A DNA stretch of 64,000 bases from an uncultured Gardnerella sp. (GCA_947088155.1 CAMUFL010000002.1:148275-212274); one strand, 5' to 3'; counted from the first letter of the stretch, positions 10,541-20,637 are shown. The notes: a model not told the origin generated them from the sequence alone. Program-made: numbers and translations.

Positions 10541-12124
10541 ATGAGTGAGATTGCCAATAGTGACATTAATGTAGATTCTACAAAAGCAGAATCTGCAGAA
10601 GCACAAAATAGCATATCTTCTCATAATCGATCTTTCTGCGAAACTTCCGCTGCAACTACGACTGAGAGCGAAACTAGTAACACAAATCAAATGGAACGTA
10701 GCCTTACCAAGCGTCATGTGCAATTTATTGCTATCGGCGGCACAATTGGTACGGGCTTATTCCTTGGATCTGGAAAGTCAATTAGCTTAACTGGTCCTAG
10801 TATTGTATTCGTTTACATTATTGTTGGCTTGATTATGTTCTTGCTTATGCGTGGCATTGGCGAGCTAATGTACAAAGATCCAAACCAGCATACTTTTATT
10901 AGTTTTATTACGCGTTATCTTGGCAGAGGTTGGGGTAATTTTGCTGGGTGGTCGTATTGGTTTGTGCTTGTGCTGATTGGCATGAGTGAGATTACGGCTG
11001 TTAGCACGTATTGCGTCACATTTTTCCAAACTTTTGACATTGATGTAAGTCATTGGAAGTGGCTTATAGAAGTAGTATTTTTAGCCGCGTTAGTGTGCAT
11101 AAATTTGGTTGCAGTTAAGCTGTTTGGAGAAACAGAATTCTGGTTCTCTATGATTAAAATCACGCTAATTGTGGCGCTTATTGTGACGGCTGTAGTCATG
11201 GCTTTGATTGGCTATCATTACTCTGCAACGCCTTTGCATGGTGGAGTAATGAGTCCTGCAGGACACGCTGGTTTGGATAATATTTTCCATAATTTTTCGC
11301 TTATGCCGAACGGCTGGCTGGCTTTCTTAATGAGCTTCCAAATGGTGTTCTATGCGTATCAGCTTATTGAGTTTGTTGGCGTGACGGTTTCGGAAACTAA
11401 GAATCCTCGCCAGGTTTTGCCAAAGGCTGTGAACGAGATTATCATGCGCGTTTTGATTTTCTATGTTGGCGCTCTTGTGGCAATTATGCTTATTGTGCCT
11501 TGGCAGCAGTTTAAGGCTACGAATGCCGAGGGTGTGTTTATGTCGCCGTTCATTATGGTGTTCCAGTATGCTGGCTTGCATTGGGCTTCTGCGCTCGTGT
11601 TCTTTGTGGTTATTACGGCTGCTTCTTCTGCGCTTAACTCTTTGCTGTATTCTGCCGGCCGCCACATGTATCAGATTGCGCTTGAATCTCCTTCTCCTCT
11701 TTTGGGCAAGTTACGTAAGGTTTCGCATACTAAAGTGCCTGCTCGCGCAATTTTGTTCTCAGGTGTGTTGATTCTTCTTTCGCCGATTATCAATTCTATT
11801 CCTGGCGTTCATGGTGCGTTTATTTTGTTTGCTTCGTCATCTTCTGCAGTAATAATCATGATTTATATTTTGATTATGGTTACGCATCGTAAGTATCGTA
11901 AGTCTGCTGATTTTATGCCAGATGGCTTCGTAATGCCTCATTATAAGTTACTTAATTCGCTTACTATTGCGTTCTTTGTTTTTGTTTATATTACATTGTT
12001 TATTAGTGAAGATACGCGTACTGCTGCAATTGGTGGCTTAGTTTGGCTTGTTCTGTTTGGTGGTTATTGCGCGCTTCATGAGCATTGGCAGAATCGCGAT
12101 TTAGCTGAGGCTTTGGGAAAGTAA
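10541..12124 (+). CDS. Amino acid permease (APC superfamily, AAT family)
   Basis: N-terminal consensus LTKRHVQFIAIGGTIGTGLFLGSG and about 12 predicted TM helices. 527 aa. Confidence 0.85.
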   Translation: MSEIANSDINVDSTKAESAEAQNSISSHNRSFCETSAATTTESETSNTNQMERSLTKRHVQFIAIGGTIGTGLFLGSGKSISLTGPSIVFVYIIVGLIMFLLMRGIGELMYKDPNQHTFISFITRYLGRGWGNFAGWSYWFVLVLIGMSEITAVSTYCVTFFQTFDIDVSHWKWLIEVVFLAALVCINLVAVKLFGETEFWFSMIKITLIVALIVTAVVMALIGYHYSATPLHGGVMSPAGHAGLDNIFHNFSLMPNGWLAFLMSFQMVFYAYQLIEFVGVTVSETKNPRQVLPKAVNEIIMRVLIFYVGALVAIMLIVPWQQFKATNAEGVFMSPFIMVFQYAGLHWASALVFFVVITAASSALNSLLYSAGRHMYQIALESPSPLLGKLRKVSHTKVPARAILFSGVLILLSPIINSIPGVHGAFILFASSSSAVIIMIYILIMVTHRKYRKSADFMPDGFVMPHYKLLNSLTIAFFVFVYITLFISEDTRTAAIGGLVWLVLFGGYCALHEHWQNRDLAEALGK

Positions 12125-12160
12125 CGTCTTTCTTTACGCGATTTCTGTTATGCTTGCTTT

Positions 12161-12964
12161 GTGCGAATTATTGTTGCAGATTGCAGTGCTGAATACACAG
12201 GTAGATTAAACGCTACGCTTCCGTTGGCTAAGCGTGTGCTGCTTATTAAAGCGGATGGTAGTGTGTTAATTTTTTCGGAGCTTGGTGCGTATAAGCCGCT
12301 TAATTGGATGGTTGCTCCTTGCACTATGCGCGTGATTAAAAAGGATGACGAAGCTAATTCTTGCTCTGTAGGCGTTTTGAAGAGTGACGGTAACAACGAT
12401 ATCGAGCCTGAGTCTGTGCCATCGTCTGAGCATGATTCGGCATCTGATGATGATTCGGATTCCAGCGATATTAGTGATGGTTGTGTGCTTCGCGTTGCTG
12501 CAGCAAAAAGTGACGATTTGCTTATGATTTCGCTTGAGCATGTTTATAGCAATAATATTTACGATTTGGGTGAGGACCCTGGCTTAGTGAAGGATGGTGT
12601 CGAAGACCATTTGCAGCGCTACTTGGCTGAGCAGATTGAGCGCATTGGCGATGGTGCAACGTTGGTTCGTCGTGAGTATCCTACTGCTATTGGTCCAGTT
12701 GATATTATGGCTCAGGATTCGAATGGTGTGCATGTGGCCATTGAGATTAAGCGTCACGGTGGTATTGATGGCGTTGAGCAGCTTACGCGTTACTGTGAGT
12801 TGTTGAACAGGGATCCGTTGCTTAAGCCTGTTCGTGGTATTTTTGCTGCTCAAACTATTAGCCCGCAGGCTCGCGTTTTGGCGGAGGATCGCGGCTTTAC
12901 TTGCTTAATTCTCGATTACGACGATATGCGTGGCGTCGAATCTGACGATCTTCGTCTTTTTTAG
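12161..12964 (+). CDS. nucS: Endonuclease NucS (EndoMS) with an acidic Ser/Asp-rich insertion; GTG start
   Basis: N-terminus RIIVADCSAEYTGRL...LLIKADGSVLIF...AYKPLNWM and C-terminal RecB-like nuclease motifs (GPVDIMAQD...VAIEIKRHGGIDGVEQLTRY) match NucS. A roughly 45-aa acidic low-complexity insertion (SASDDDSDSSDISDG) lies between the domains. Confidence 0.85.
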   Translation: MRIIVADCSAEYTGRLNATLPLAKRVLLIKADGSVLIFSELGAYKPLNWMVAPCTMRVIKKDDEANSCSVGVLKSDGNNDIEPESVPSSEHDSASDDDSDSSDISDGCVLRVAAAKSDDLLMISLEHVYSNNIYDLGEDPGLVKDGVEDHLQRYLAEQIERIGDGATLVRREYPTAIGPVDIMAQDSNGVHVAIEIKRHGGIDGVEQLTRYCELLNRDPLLKPVRGIFAAQTISPQARVLAEDRGFTCLILDYDDMRGVESDDLRLF

Positions 12965-13012
12965 TTTAGAAGATACGGTTCGCTTGGAATTTGTTGCGTA
13001 AGTTTACATACA

Positions 13013-13050
13013 AAAATGCCGCGCAAGATTCATTCAAGCGCGGCATCTAG
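13013..13050. terminator. Bidirectional stem-loop (tgccgcgc...gcgcggca) between convergent nucS and the FKBP lipoprotein gene
   Basis: An 8-bp GC-rich stem with a 13-nt loop is flanked by an A-run on the plus strand, giving a U-run for the minus-strand transcript. Confidence 0.5.
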
Positions 13051-13129
13051 GTGTCAGTATTACTTACCAAGTAAGTTATGAGCACTTACTAATCAATCGC
13101 GAAGTAATCGCGAAATAATTACTAAGCAA

Positions 13130-14116
13130 TCACGAAGCGTAAAGAATGTCTACTACAAAGTACAACGTGGAGTTTGCAGGAATTGTTACGTTTCCTTTTG
13201 CGTCCTTCTTATCTTCTTTGCCGTATCCATCTTCTGGCGGAATCACAAGTAAAACTCGAGAACCAATTTTCTTACCAGTCAAGCCTTTAGTCCAACCAGG
13301 AATTACCTGACCATCGAGCGAGAAGTCTGCAGGCATTCCACGCAACCATGATGAATCAAACTGGTGTAGCTTGCCGTCTTTATCTGTGGTCCATCCAGCA
13401 TAATGAGCAGTTACGGTGCTTTTTGCTGTAACCTCTTTGCCGGTTCCCTCAATCAAAGTCTGAGAAACAAGCTTTCCATCTGGCACATAGTTGTTTTTAT
13501 CTAAGGATGGGATTCCGGATTTATTAACAGTTACTTTTGGCAAATTTGCAGGAATGTTAGTTATCGTTTTGCCGGTTGCGTGAGATAACATTTTTGATTT
13601 AGATACAAGCGTAAGAACCATAACGTAAGAAGGCTTCTTACCATCGCCACCTACGCCAAAAGCAATAGTTGTGTTAAGCCTTTTGCCTTTAATGAGAGCA
13701 TAATACGGACGGCTAGTGGACTGTTTGTTAATCGTAATTGAGCAGTCCGTTTTGCCTTTATCCCATGTGCTTAAAAGCTCTTTGCCGTCATTGCTAAGCA
13801 CAATACCCTGCGAGCATACACGATCCCCATTTTCAATCTTAGGACCGTTTCCATGCTGCAAAATTGCGTAAGTGTTTCGTTTTGGATTAAGTGGCGCTTT
13901 AACCTTCAGTTTTGGCTTCTTGCCAAGTTCTCCAGAAGCACTTACGCCCTCTAATAACTGCATACCTGCTTTTTGTGCATTTTCGTCAGCTGCGCCATCT
14001 GTGCTACTTGCATTACCGCTGCAAGAAGCTAATCCTACGCATAGTGCTACTGTACTAATAGCGGCAACAGCGCGTGCTATTAAAGATTTTTGTTTCAATA
14101 TTGTGGTTTTTTGCAT
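13130..14116 (-). CDS. FKBP-type peptidyl-prolyl cis-trans isomerase lipoprotein
   Basis: Signal peptide plus lipobox (LASCSG). The C-terminal FKBP domain reads VTAHYAGWTTDKDGKLHQFDSS...GQVIPGWTKGLTGKKIGSRVLLVIPPEDGYG. Confidence 0.8.
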   Translation of the reverse strand: MQKTTILKQKSLIARAVAAISTVALCVGLASCSGNASSTDGAADENAQKAGMQLLEGVSASGELGKKPKLKVKAPLNPKRNTYAILQHGNGPKIENGDRVCSQGIVLSNDGKELLSTWDKGKTDCSITINKQSTSRPYYALIKGKRLNTTIAFGVGGDGKKPSYVMVLTLVSKSKMLSHATGKTITNIPANLPKVTVNKSGIPSLDKNNYVPDGKLVSQTLIEGTGKEVTAKSTVTAHYAGWTTDKDGKLHQFDSSWLRGMPADFSLDGQVIPGWTKGLTGKKIGSRVLLVIPPEDGYGKEDKKDAKGNVTIPANSTLYFVVDILYAS

Positions 14117-14195
14117 AGGTTCACATTACCGCTTGATGTTGATTTTTAAGGTAAAAACTACAACAAATATGAAAAGATTGTAGAATAGTATCGAT

Positions 14196-16064
14196 ATGAC
14201 AAATATTAACGAATCTTCGGAAGATGAAGGACGACCAATGCGACGACTAACATTGCGCACGAGAATTATGCGATGTGTTGTAGCTCCGTTTTTTGCGGTG
14301 CTTGCAGTTTTAAGTGTCGTGCTTGGCATTGCAAATGCAACATTTTGGAAGCCCAATGATGTAGTTATTTCATATGCCCACGTAACCGGAACTCGTTATA
14401 TTGTTACGGATCCGGGCGTGCTTAATCTTGTTGATAATCGTGTAAGAATAAGTGTTGCTGCTTTGCACACGCGTAAACCTATTTGTGTTGCGGTTGGTTT
14501 AACAAAAGATGTTCGCGGTTGGGTGTCTGGTTTTCCAGTGCAAAGAATTACCGGTTTAAGTGATTGGCATAATCTTTCTGTATCTAAAATATATGCTAAA
14601 AGTACTGTAAATGCTGCTTCTGGTTCAAATAGTGGTGATCCGGATATTCCTTTTCAAAAATCTAATTTGTGGCCTGTTGTTACGTGTCAGCTTGGTTTAT
14701 CGAAATTGTCAATTAATACGGAAGATTATGTGCAAACGGCTGGTTCTGCTTCGTATGATCATGCTGTTGAATCTGGAGCAGTTTCTAAATCTGGAAATCG
14801 TGTAAAAAATAATCCAAACCATCGTAACAATCATTCTATGAGGGTGCGTTCTCAGACTGCTCGTCGTGTTTTATTGATTGATTTAGGCAGTAATATGCCT
14901 GATGCTTCTGTAGAGTTGCGTTGGCGCAGACGTCAAATTCCAGATTTTGCCACTCCGATGTATTTTATGGCGCTACTTTTTGCTGTTTTAGCTTTGCTCG
15001 CTGCAACTATTTTTGCTATGGCTCCTCATCGTCGTCGCAATAAGCGCATTGTTGCGAACCGGTCTGGAGTATTGTCTGTGAAGACAGCTCGTAATGATGA
15101 AGTTTCGTTTGTTGAAGCGTTCGCTGGATCATGGTCTAACTTGTTTAGTCATAATAAACACAAGAAATCTTCCGGATCTCGCGCTCGCCACGGCACCCAC
15201 GCTCGCCGTAATAAGCCGATAGAAGAAAACGTGAATGACGTTTACGATTCTCAGAAACCTCGCAGTGCTTCGGCTTCAACTGCAGTTTCTATTACAGATT
15301 CTTTAGCTGAAACTACTGTTATATCTCAAGATGAATTGCTCGCGTTTGCTGCACGATTTATGCAGCAGCAGGATTCCGACTCGGATTCTGGTTTGAAAGA
15401 TAATTCGGCTTTTGATAAATCTCAGAATTCGGATGATGATTTGCAGTATTCCGCAAATTCCGATGCTGGGTATTCGAACGCAAATGTTTCTAATTCTGCT
15501 GATGAATCTGCTGACTCGTCTAACGCACGTTCTAAAAAGCGGAATTCTGTTAATTCGCAAAATGCGCAGAATAAGAAAAATACTCAAAATAAGCAAACTA
15601 ATCAATCTGCTCGCAACGGCCAGAATAGTAAGAATAACCAGAATAATCGGGATAATCGAAATAGTCAGGATTCTCAAAATAAGCAAAACAACCAAAATCC
15701 TCAAAGCAAGCAGACTAAACAAAATAAGCACGGCGCAAATGATAAGCAAAAAAGTAAAGATTTTAGGCGAGAAAACGGCGATTTTTATAGACAGCAGAAG
15801 CGAAATAAAAAGCGCATGCAGTCTAAAGATTATGGCAATAATGACGCTGTATATGAAGCAAATAATCAGAAATTAGATGCTTCTGAAGGTGGCGCAAAAA
15901 CTTCTTCCGGACGTAAAAATGCGACTAATTCGGAGGCTTCAAATCAGTATCCTAATCATCGCGGCAATCGACGTGGGTATCACGGAAACGTGAATAACAA
16001 GTATCGCAAAAACAATAGGGGATACAAAGGTAATGCTTCAAATGAGCGTGGGAATGAGCAATAA
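14196..16064 (+). CDS. Hypothetical two-TM membrane protein with a roughly 350-aa Q/N/K/S-rich low-complexity C-terminal tail
   Basis: TM helices lie at about residues 27-47 and 250-272. The tail is dominated by NQNN/KQNK repeats. No catalytic motif was recognised. Confidence 0.5.
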   Translation: MTNINESSEDEGRPMRRLTLRTRIMRCVVAPFFAVLAVLSVVLGIANATFWKPNDVVISYAHVTGTRYIVTDPGVLNLVDNRVRISVAALHTRKPICVAVGLTKDVRGWVSGFPVQRITGLSDWHNLSVSKIYAKSTVNAASGSNSGDPDIPFQKSNLWPVVTCQLGLSKLSINTEDYVQTAGSASYDHAVESGAVSKSGNRVKNNPNHRNNHSMRVRSQTARRVLLIDLGSNMPDASVELRWRRRQIPDFATPMYFMALLFAVLALLAATIFAMAPHRRRNKRIVANRSGVLSVKTARNDEVSFVEAFAGSWSNLFSHNKHKKSSGSRARHGTHARRNKPIEENVNDVYDSQKPRSASASTAVSITDSLAETTVISQDELLAFAARFMQQQDSDSDSGLKDNSAFDKSQNSDDDLQYSANSDAGYSNANVSNSADESADSSNARSKKRNSVNSQNAQNKKNTQNKQTNQSARNGQNSKNNQNNRDNRNSQDSQNKQNNQNPQSKQTKQNKHGANDKQKSKDFRRENGDFYRQQKRNKKRMQSKDYGNNDAVYEANNQKLDASEGGAKTSSGRKNATNSEASNQYPNHRGNRRGYHGNVNNKYRKNNRGYKGNASNERGNEQ

Positions 16065-17119
16065 TGCGTAAGATAAGTTTTGATAATTGTGTGCGAAATA
16101 ATGGTGAAATGCGTAGAATATTGCGATTTGCTACCGTTTGCGTAGCAATCTTAGTATCTTCGACTATGGTTGCAGGGTTGTCGGCTTGCGATGGTCAAGT
16201 TCCAAAACCTGCAGAAGTGCGCAGTACTCAAGAATTGCCTAATCTTACAATGATTCAGGAAAAAGATATTCGCATTGGCATACTTCGCGAAATTGAACGA
16301 GCAAACGAAGAAAAGAACGTTACGGCATTGCCTAGTTTTATTTCTGGCCCGGCTCTTGACATTCGCACAAGCGAACTTACTGTCGCTAGTAAAACTGGCA
16401 AATTAGATCCTAAAACTGTTATTCCTCGCGAAGCTGCGCAGACTATTGTTCCAACTAACTCCGCATGGCCTCGCGATTTGATGACTATCACGACTACTAC
16501 TAAAGATCAGCAATCAAAACGTTTGCTTGTTTTACGGCAGCAGCGTGCGCGCACAAATTATAAACTTTGGGCTGTTGCGCGTTTGTTCCCAGGCGTGCAT
16601 CTTCCTAAATTTGCTGTGCCAAGTATTGGTTCTTCAATGGGCAAGCCTAACGATTCTGGTTTAGTTATGACTCCAGAACAAGCTGTGGCAGCTTATGCAG
16701 ACGTGCTGCAACGCGGCAATGAAAGTAAGTATGCTGAATATTTTGCTGACGATTATTTGCGCCAAAAACTTGCGGAACTTTCTAAGGCTGTTCAAGCTGG
16801 AATGGAGCGTAATAAAGGCTCTCAGGAACAGGTGTTTAATCCGGATATTAAGCAGATAAGCGTCATGCGTTCTAGTGATGGCAGTGATTTAGTTGTGGCG
16901 CGCATTGATTCCGTTTGGACGCGTTCCGCTGGTGAAGGTCGTGAATCTCGTCCTGCTTCGGATGAAGAAAAAGCGCTTTTTGGCAACAATAAAGCGAAAG
17001 GTGTTATGCGCGTAACTTATGTAAATGTTATTGCGCTTGTGGTGCCGCCTGCTGGTTCTCATATGAAAATTATTCCGGTTGGTGCAGAACGTCAGCCTAC
17101 TAAAGTAGAAGCTTTATAA
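16064..17119 (+). CDS. Hypothetical secreted lipoprotein
   Basis: Signal peptide with lipobox LSACDG. Its start overlaps the stop of the upstream gene (ATAATG), suggesting an operon. 351 aa. Confidence 0.5.
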   Translation: MRKISFDNCVRNNGEMRRILRFATVCVAILVSSTMVAGLSACDGQVPKPAEVRSTQELPNLTMIQEKDIRIGILREIERANEEKNVTALPSFISGPALDIRTSELTVASKTGKLDPKTVIPREAAQTIVPTNSAWPRDLMTITTTTKDQQSKRLLVLRQQRARTNYKLWAVARLFPGVHLPKFAVPSIGSSMGKPNDSGLVMTPEQAVAAYADVLQRGNESKYAEYFADDYLRQKLAELSKAVQAGMERNKGSQEQVFNPDIKQISVMRSSDGSDLVVARIDSVWTRSAGEGRESRPASDEEKALFGNNKAKGVMRVTYVNVIALVVPPAGSHMKIIPVGAERQPTKVEAL

Positions 17120-17211
17120 GCAGAGCTAGGAAAGTGGTACTTGCTATATGGCGTATTGCTAAGCAGTGGTGTTGCTATATGGCGTATTGCTAATTAACAA
17201 AAGAGGCGATA

Positions 17212-18246
17212 ATGGTAAACAGTCAATCACAAGGTATGAATCCTGGTGGGTTTTCACTCGCTGGAGCTGTAGATTTAGAAAGCGTAAAGCGCCGAGTAGA
17301 AGCCCAAGCAAAGCAGGCTGCGAAAGCTGCTAATGGCGGTAATGGTGGTGCGTCTTCTGAAGCTCCTAAAGCTGGAGGATACGTCATTGACGTCAACGAA
17401 CAGTCTTTCCAAGCAATGGTGCAAACTTCAGTAAGTTTTCCAATCATACTTTTGCTGTGGCAAGCTAACGATGAAGCATGTTACGATGTTGCTCAAAAAT
17501 TAGCGGATGCTGTTAATGCGCTGGATGGTCGCATGCAACTAGCCCGTATTGATGCAGACGAGAATCCTACGATTGCACAGGCTTTGCGTGCTCAGCAACT
17601 TCCTGCAATTTATGGTTTAGTTGGCGGTAGACCAATGCCTATTGCTCAAGGCTTACCTAGCGACGATGAGCTACAACAAATTTGTAGTGCGATTTTGCCG
17701 CAATTAGTGCAAGTAGCTGAACGCTCTGGAGTTGCCGGAACTGCGCCTTTTGTTGAATCTTCAAACGAATCTGAAGCAAATAATTCCAAAGACGCGAATA
17801 AGAATGACGCTGATTCCAACAGTGTTGAGCAGGTTCCTCCGGCACACGAGCGCGCGCACTCTTTAGCTGCGCAAGGTGATTATGAGGGTGCTGCGCGTGA
17901 ATATGGGAAAGTTGTGGAAGCTGATCCTCACGATCTTATTGCCGTTCGTGAGCGTGCTAAAGCTTTATTGCTGGCGCGTAATGTGAATACGGATGTTGCG
18001 GCAGTGCGGAAGAATGCGGGAGATAATCCGGGTGATGTAGAAGCGCAGCTCGCTGTAGCGGATGTAGATGTGATTGATGGTCATATTGATGACGCGTTTG
18101 GCAGATTGCTTGATTTTCTAGCTGACGGGCACCGTTCTGATGCTGATGCTGTACGATCTCGCATGCTTGAGTATTTTGCTATGCTTCCTGCGGACGATGC
18201 GCGTTTGGCGCGCGCTCGCAGGCGACTTGCGATTTTGCTTTATTAA
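17212..18246 (+). CDS. Thioredoxin-fold plus TPR protein (YbbN/CnoX-like co-chaperone)
   Basis: Thioredoxin-like segment lacking CxxC (LLWQANDEACYDV...LARIDADENPTIAQALRAQQLPAIY) followed by C-terminal TPR-like helical repeats. Confidence 0.6.
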   Translation: MVNSQSQGMNPGGFSLAGAVDLESVKRRVEAQAKQAAKAANGGNGGASSEAPKAGGYVIDVNEQSFQAMVQTSVSFPIILLLWQANDEACYDVAQKLADAVNALDGRMQLARIDADENPTIAQALRAQQLPAIYGLVGGRPMPIAQGLPSDDELQQICSAILPQLVQVAERSGVAGTAPFVESSNESEANNSKDANKNDADSNSVEQVPPAHERAHSLAAQGDYEGAAREYGKVVEADPHDLIAVRERAKALLLARNVNTDVAAVRKNAGDNPGDVEAQLAVADVDVIDGHIDDAFGRLLDFLADGHRSDADAVRSRMLEYFAMLPADDARLARARRRLAILLY

Positions 18247-18321
18247 TGCCGCTGATTTGGGCTATAACACCTATAATTCAAGCATTTGCCTATTCGCGTA
18301 TTTGCTTGCGTTGAAAACAAA

Positions 18322-18372
18322 AAAGCCAAGAACCACAACAATCGTGAGAAATTTGTGTGATTCTTGGCTTTA
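18322..18372. terminator. Bidirectional rho-independent terminator (aagccaagaa...ttcttggctt, flanked by A6/T-runs)
   Basis: A 10-bp stem lies immediately 3' of the tRNA on the minus strand, followed by TTTTTTGTTTT, and also 3' of the 17212 gene on the plus strand. Confidence 0.6.
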
Positions 18373-18373
18373 G

Positions 18374-18447
18374 TAGCGGGGCATGGATTTGAACCATGGA
18401 CCTCTGGGTTATGAGCCCAGCGAGCTACCGAGCTGCTCCACCCCGCG
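18374..18447 (-). tRNA. Initiator tRNA-fMet (anticodon CAU)
   Basis: The minus-strand read CGCGGGGTGGAGCAGCTCGGTAGCTCGCTGGGCTCATAACCCAGAGGTCCATGGTTCAAATCCATGCCCCGCTA is near-identical in architecture to E. coli tRNA-fMet. It has a 1:72 mismatch, three consecutive G:C pairs in the anticodon stem and a CTCATAA loop. CCA is not encoded. Confidence 0.85.
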
Positions 18448-18730
18448 TCGGCTACTTTTAGCAGCTCTATCTACGATAGGTGCAAATTCGAATTTGTCAA
18501 CTTTCGGGCGTGTTTCATATTGAATTTGTGCCTATGCTCATTCACATTTAACTTTAGGTAACACAATCGAAAAATTATGTACATACGAAGAGTACAATCA
18601 GCATTTAGATATATTTTTCGTTTCGTGCCCCGCGCCTTACGAGATACAAAATAGATTATTTAGTTTATGTGTAATGCCGCAAGATGAGTGAATTGCATGA
18701 TGTGAGTGAGCGGCATAGTTGTGAAGGCGT

Positions 18731-19612
18731 GTGAACGAGATATTTAAGGAGGCACCTATGAATGGAATGGTTGACTTTTTACTGAGGACTACTAGTGTAG
18801 CTTCAGCAACGGCTTCATCGGGACCAGAATTGCCTAATATTGGCGAATTTTTGCCTCCAGAGATTTTGTTCCAAGGCACACCATTCGCCATGAATCGCAT
18901 TATTTTAGTGCGAGTGCTCATGGCTGTAATCGTTATGATTATTTTTGGCGTTGGTGCCGCTCGCGCAAAGTTAGTTCCAGGAAGATTCCAGAGCGTGCTG
19001 GAAATTTTAATGGACTTTGTGCGCTACAACATTGTTTACGAGATGATTGGTGAGGAACGTGGCAAGCGATATGTGCCAATGATGTCTACACTTTTCATCA
19101 CAATTTTCTTCTTTAATCTTTGTTCTGTGATTCCAGGATTAAATATGGCTGCAACCGCAACCATTACTGGTCCGTTGGTATTTGCTTTGTGGGTTGTGTG
19201 CCAATATCTTATTGCTGGCATTCGCGAAAAAGGTTTTTTGCGATTCTTCCGTGAAGCATTGTTCCCAGCGGGAGTGCCATGGCCGATTTACTTTATTCTT
19301 TCGCCATTGCAACTCATAGAATTAATAATTGTGCGACCACTTTCGCTTACAATCCGTTTGTTTGCGAATATGATTGCTGGCCATTTGCTGGTGGCCACTT
19401 GCTTAGTATTCACCAATTTCTTTGTGGTGGATTCCAGCAATAAACTCCTTGCCTTCGGCGGTGCTTTGTGGCTGCTTGGCGGCATTCTGTTTACCCTATT
19501 CGAAATTATGGTAGCCGGTTTGCAGGCGTTTATTTTTACCGTGCTTGCTTCCGTCTACATTTCGGAAAGTTACCCAGAAGAGGAAGAAAAGTCTGCTGTT
19601 GCTGTTGCTTGA
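18731..19612 (+). CDS. atpB: F0F1 ATP synthase subunit a (start may be the internal Met at 18758)
   Basis: Conserved helix-4 arginine region LSLTIRLFANMIAGHLL. Polytopic membrane protein leading the atp operon. Confidence 0.9.
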   Translation: MNEIFKEAPMNGMVDFLLRTTSVASATASSGPELPNIGEFLPPEILFQGTPFAMNRIILVRVLMAVIVMIIFGVGAARAKLVPGRFQSVLEILMDFVRYNIVYEMIGEERGKRYVPMMSTLFITIFFFNLCSVIPGLNMAATATITGPLVFALWVVCQYLIAGIREKGFLRFFREALFPAGVPWPIYFILSPLQLIELIIVRPLSLTIRLFANMIAGHLLVATCLVFTNFFVVDSSNKLLAFGGALWLLGGILFTLFEIMVAGLQAFIFTVLASVYISESYPEEEEKSAVAVA

Positions 19613-19688
19613 TAGCATAGCTTAAATCTTCAGATTTTACCCATCTTAAGGGTTTATACTGGTTACTGTTTTAACAGAAAGGAAACCA

Positions 19689-19922
19689 ATGAATAATATC
19701 ATCGCTCTCGCAGGCTTGATCGGCAACCTTAGCATTCTTGGCTTTGCTGTTGCAACAATTTCTCCTGCGCTTGGTATGGCAATAGTTGTTGCTAAGGCTA
19801 TGGAATCCACTGCACGTCAGCCAGAAGTCGGAAACCGCATTCAGCTGTTCATGTTCGTCGGTTTGGCATTTATCGAGGTTCTGGGCTTGCTCGGATTCGT
19901 TGCCTACATTATGGGAAAATGA
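19689..19922 (+). CDS. atpE: F0F1 ATP synthase subunit c
   Basis: 77-aa hairpin proteolipid with the polar loop ARQPE and a conserved carboxylate in helix 2. Confidence 0.95.
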   Translation: MNNIIALAGLIGNLSILGFAVATISPALGMAIVVAKAMESTARQPEVGNRIQLFMFVGLAFIEVLGLLGFVAYIMGK

Positions 19923-19986
19923 ACCGAACGAAATAACTCGTTCCAGCACTAATACAAAAGTGTTGAAGGAATAGAAAGGACAAGCC

Positions 19987-20529
19987 ATGGCACATGCATC
20001 TGAGAGTAATGGTTTGGCGTTGTTCTTGCCTGAGCCTTACGACGTAGTGTGGTCGTTAGTAGTTTTGGTAGTTCTTGCAGTGTTTTTCTACAAATTCATT
20101 ATGCCTAAATTCCAGGCAATTCTTGATGAACGCGCAGAAAAAATCGAAGGCGGAATGGCCAAAGCAGCAAACATGCAGCGTGAAGCTGATGAACTAAAGA
20201 ATCAGATTGAAGAAGAGCTTACTCAAGCTCAGACTGATGCTGCAAAAACTCGCGAAGAGGCTCGTGCAGAAGCTTCAAAAATTATTGGCGAAGCTAGGCA
20301 ACGTGCTGAAAAGGATGCTGCGAAAATCATTAGTGAAGCTCAGCATTCCATTGAGGCTCAGCATAAGCATGCCATGTCCAGCCTCCAAGGAGAGGTGTCG
20401 GTTCTTGCAGCAGCTTTAGCTGGCAAGATTCTTGCATCCAAGTTGGATGACGATACTGTAAGCTCCAAAATTATTGATCATGTGATTGATGAGGTTGGAG
20501 ATACTAAAAATTCGGATCAAGTTAAGTAA
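19987..20529 (+). CDS. atpF: F0F1 ATP synthase subunit b
   Basis: Single N-terminal TM followed by a long charged coiled coil (AEKIEGGMAKAANMQREADELKNQ...). Confidence 0.9.
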   Translation: MAHASESNGLALFLPEPYDVVWSLVVLVVLAVFFYKFIMPKFQAILDERAEKIEGGMAKAANMQREADELKNQIEEELTQAQTDAAKTREEARAEASKIIGEARQRAEKDAAKIISEAQHSIEAQHKHAMSSLQGEVSVLAAALAGKILASKLDDDTVSSKIIDHVIDEVGDTKNSDQVK

Positions 20530-20637
20530 GGCTTAATATACAAAACTTAATAATTGCAAAATAAAAAATAATTTGCGCTTTTATTGGTTTTGTATATTAA
20601 TTGCGTTACTTCGTTTTACAGAAATGAGGAGGTAATA

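Noticed and set aside
12594..12806. Small overlapping ORFs within nucS and within the 10541 permease (e.g. 11463..11771)
   Set aside because: They are alternative-frame artefacts of GC-skewed codon usage, leucine- or arginine-rich with no RBS.
18731..18757. Whether atpB starts at 18731 or at the internal Met at 18758 (MNGMVDF)
   Set aside because: This cannot be resolved from sequence alone. The longer ORF is reported with a note, and no separate feature is made.
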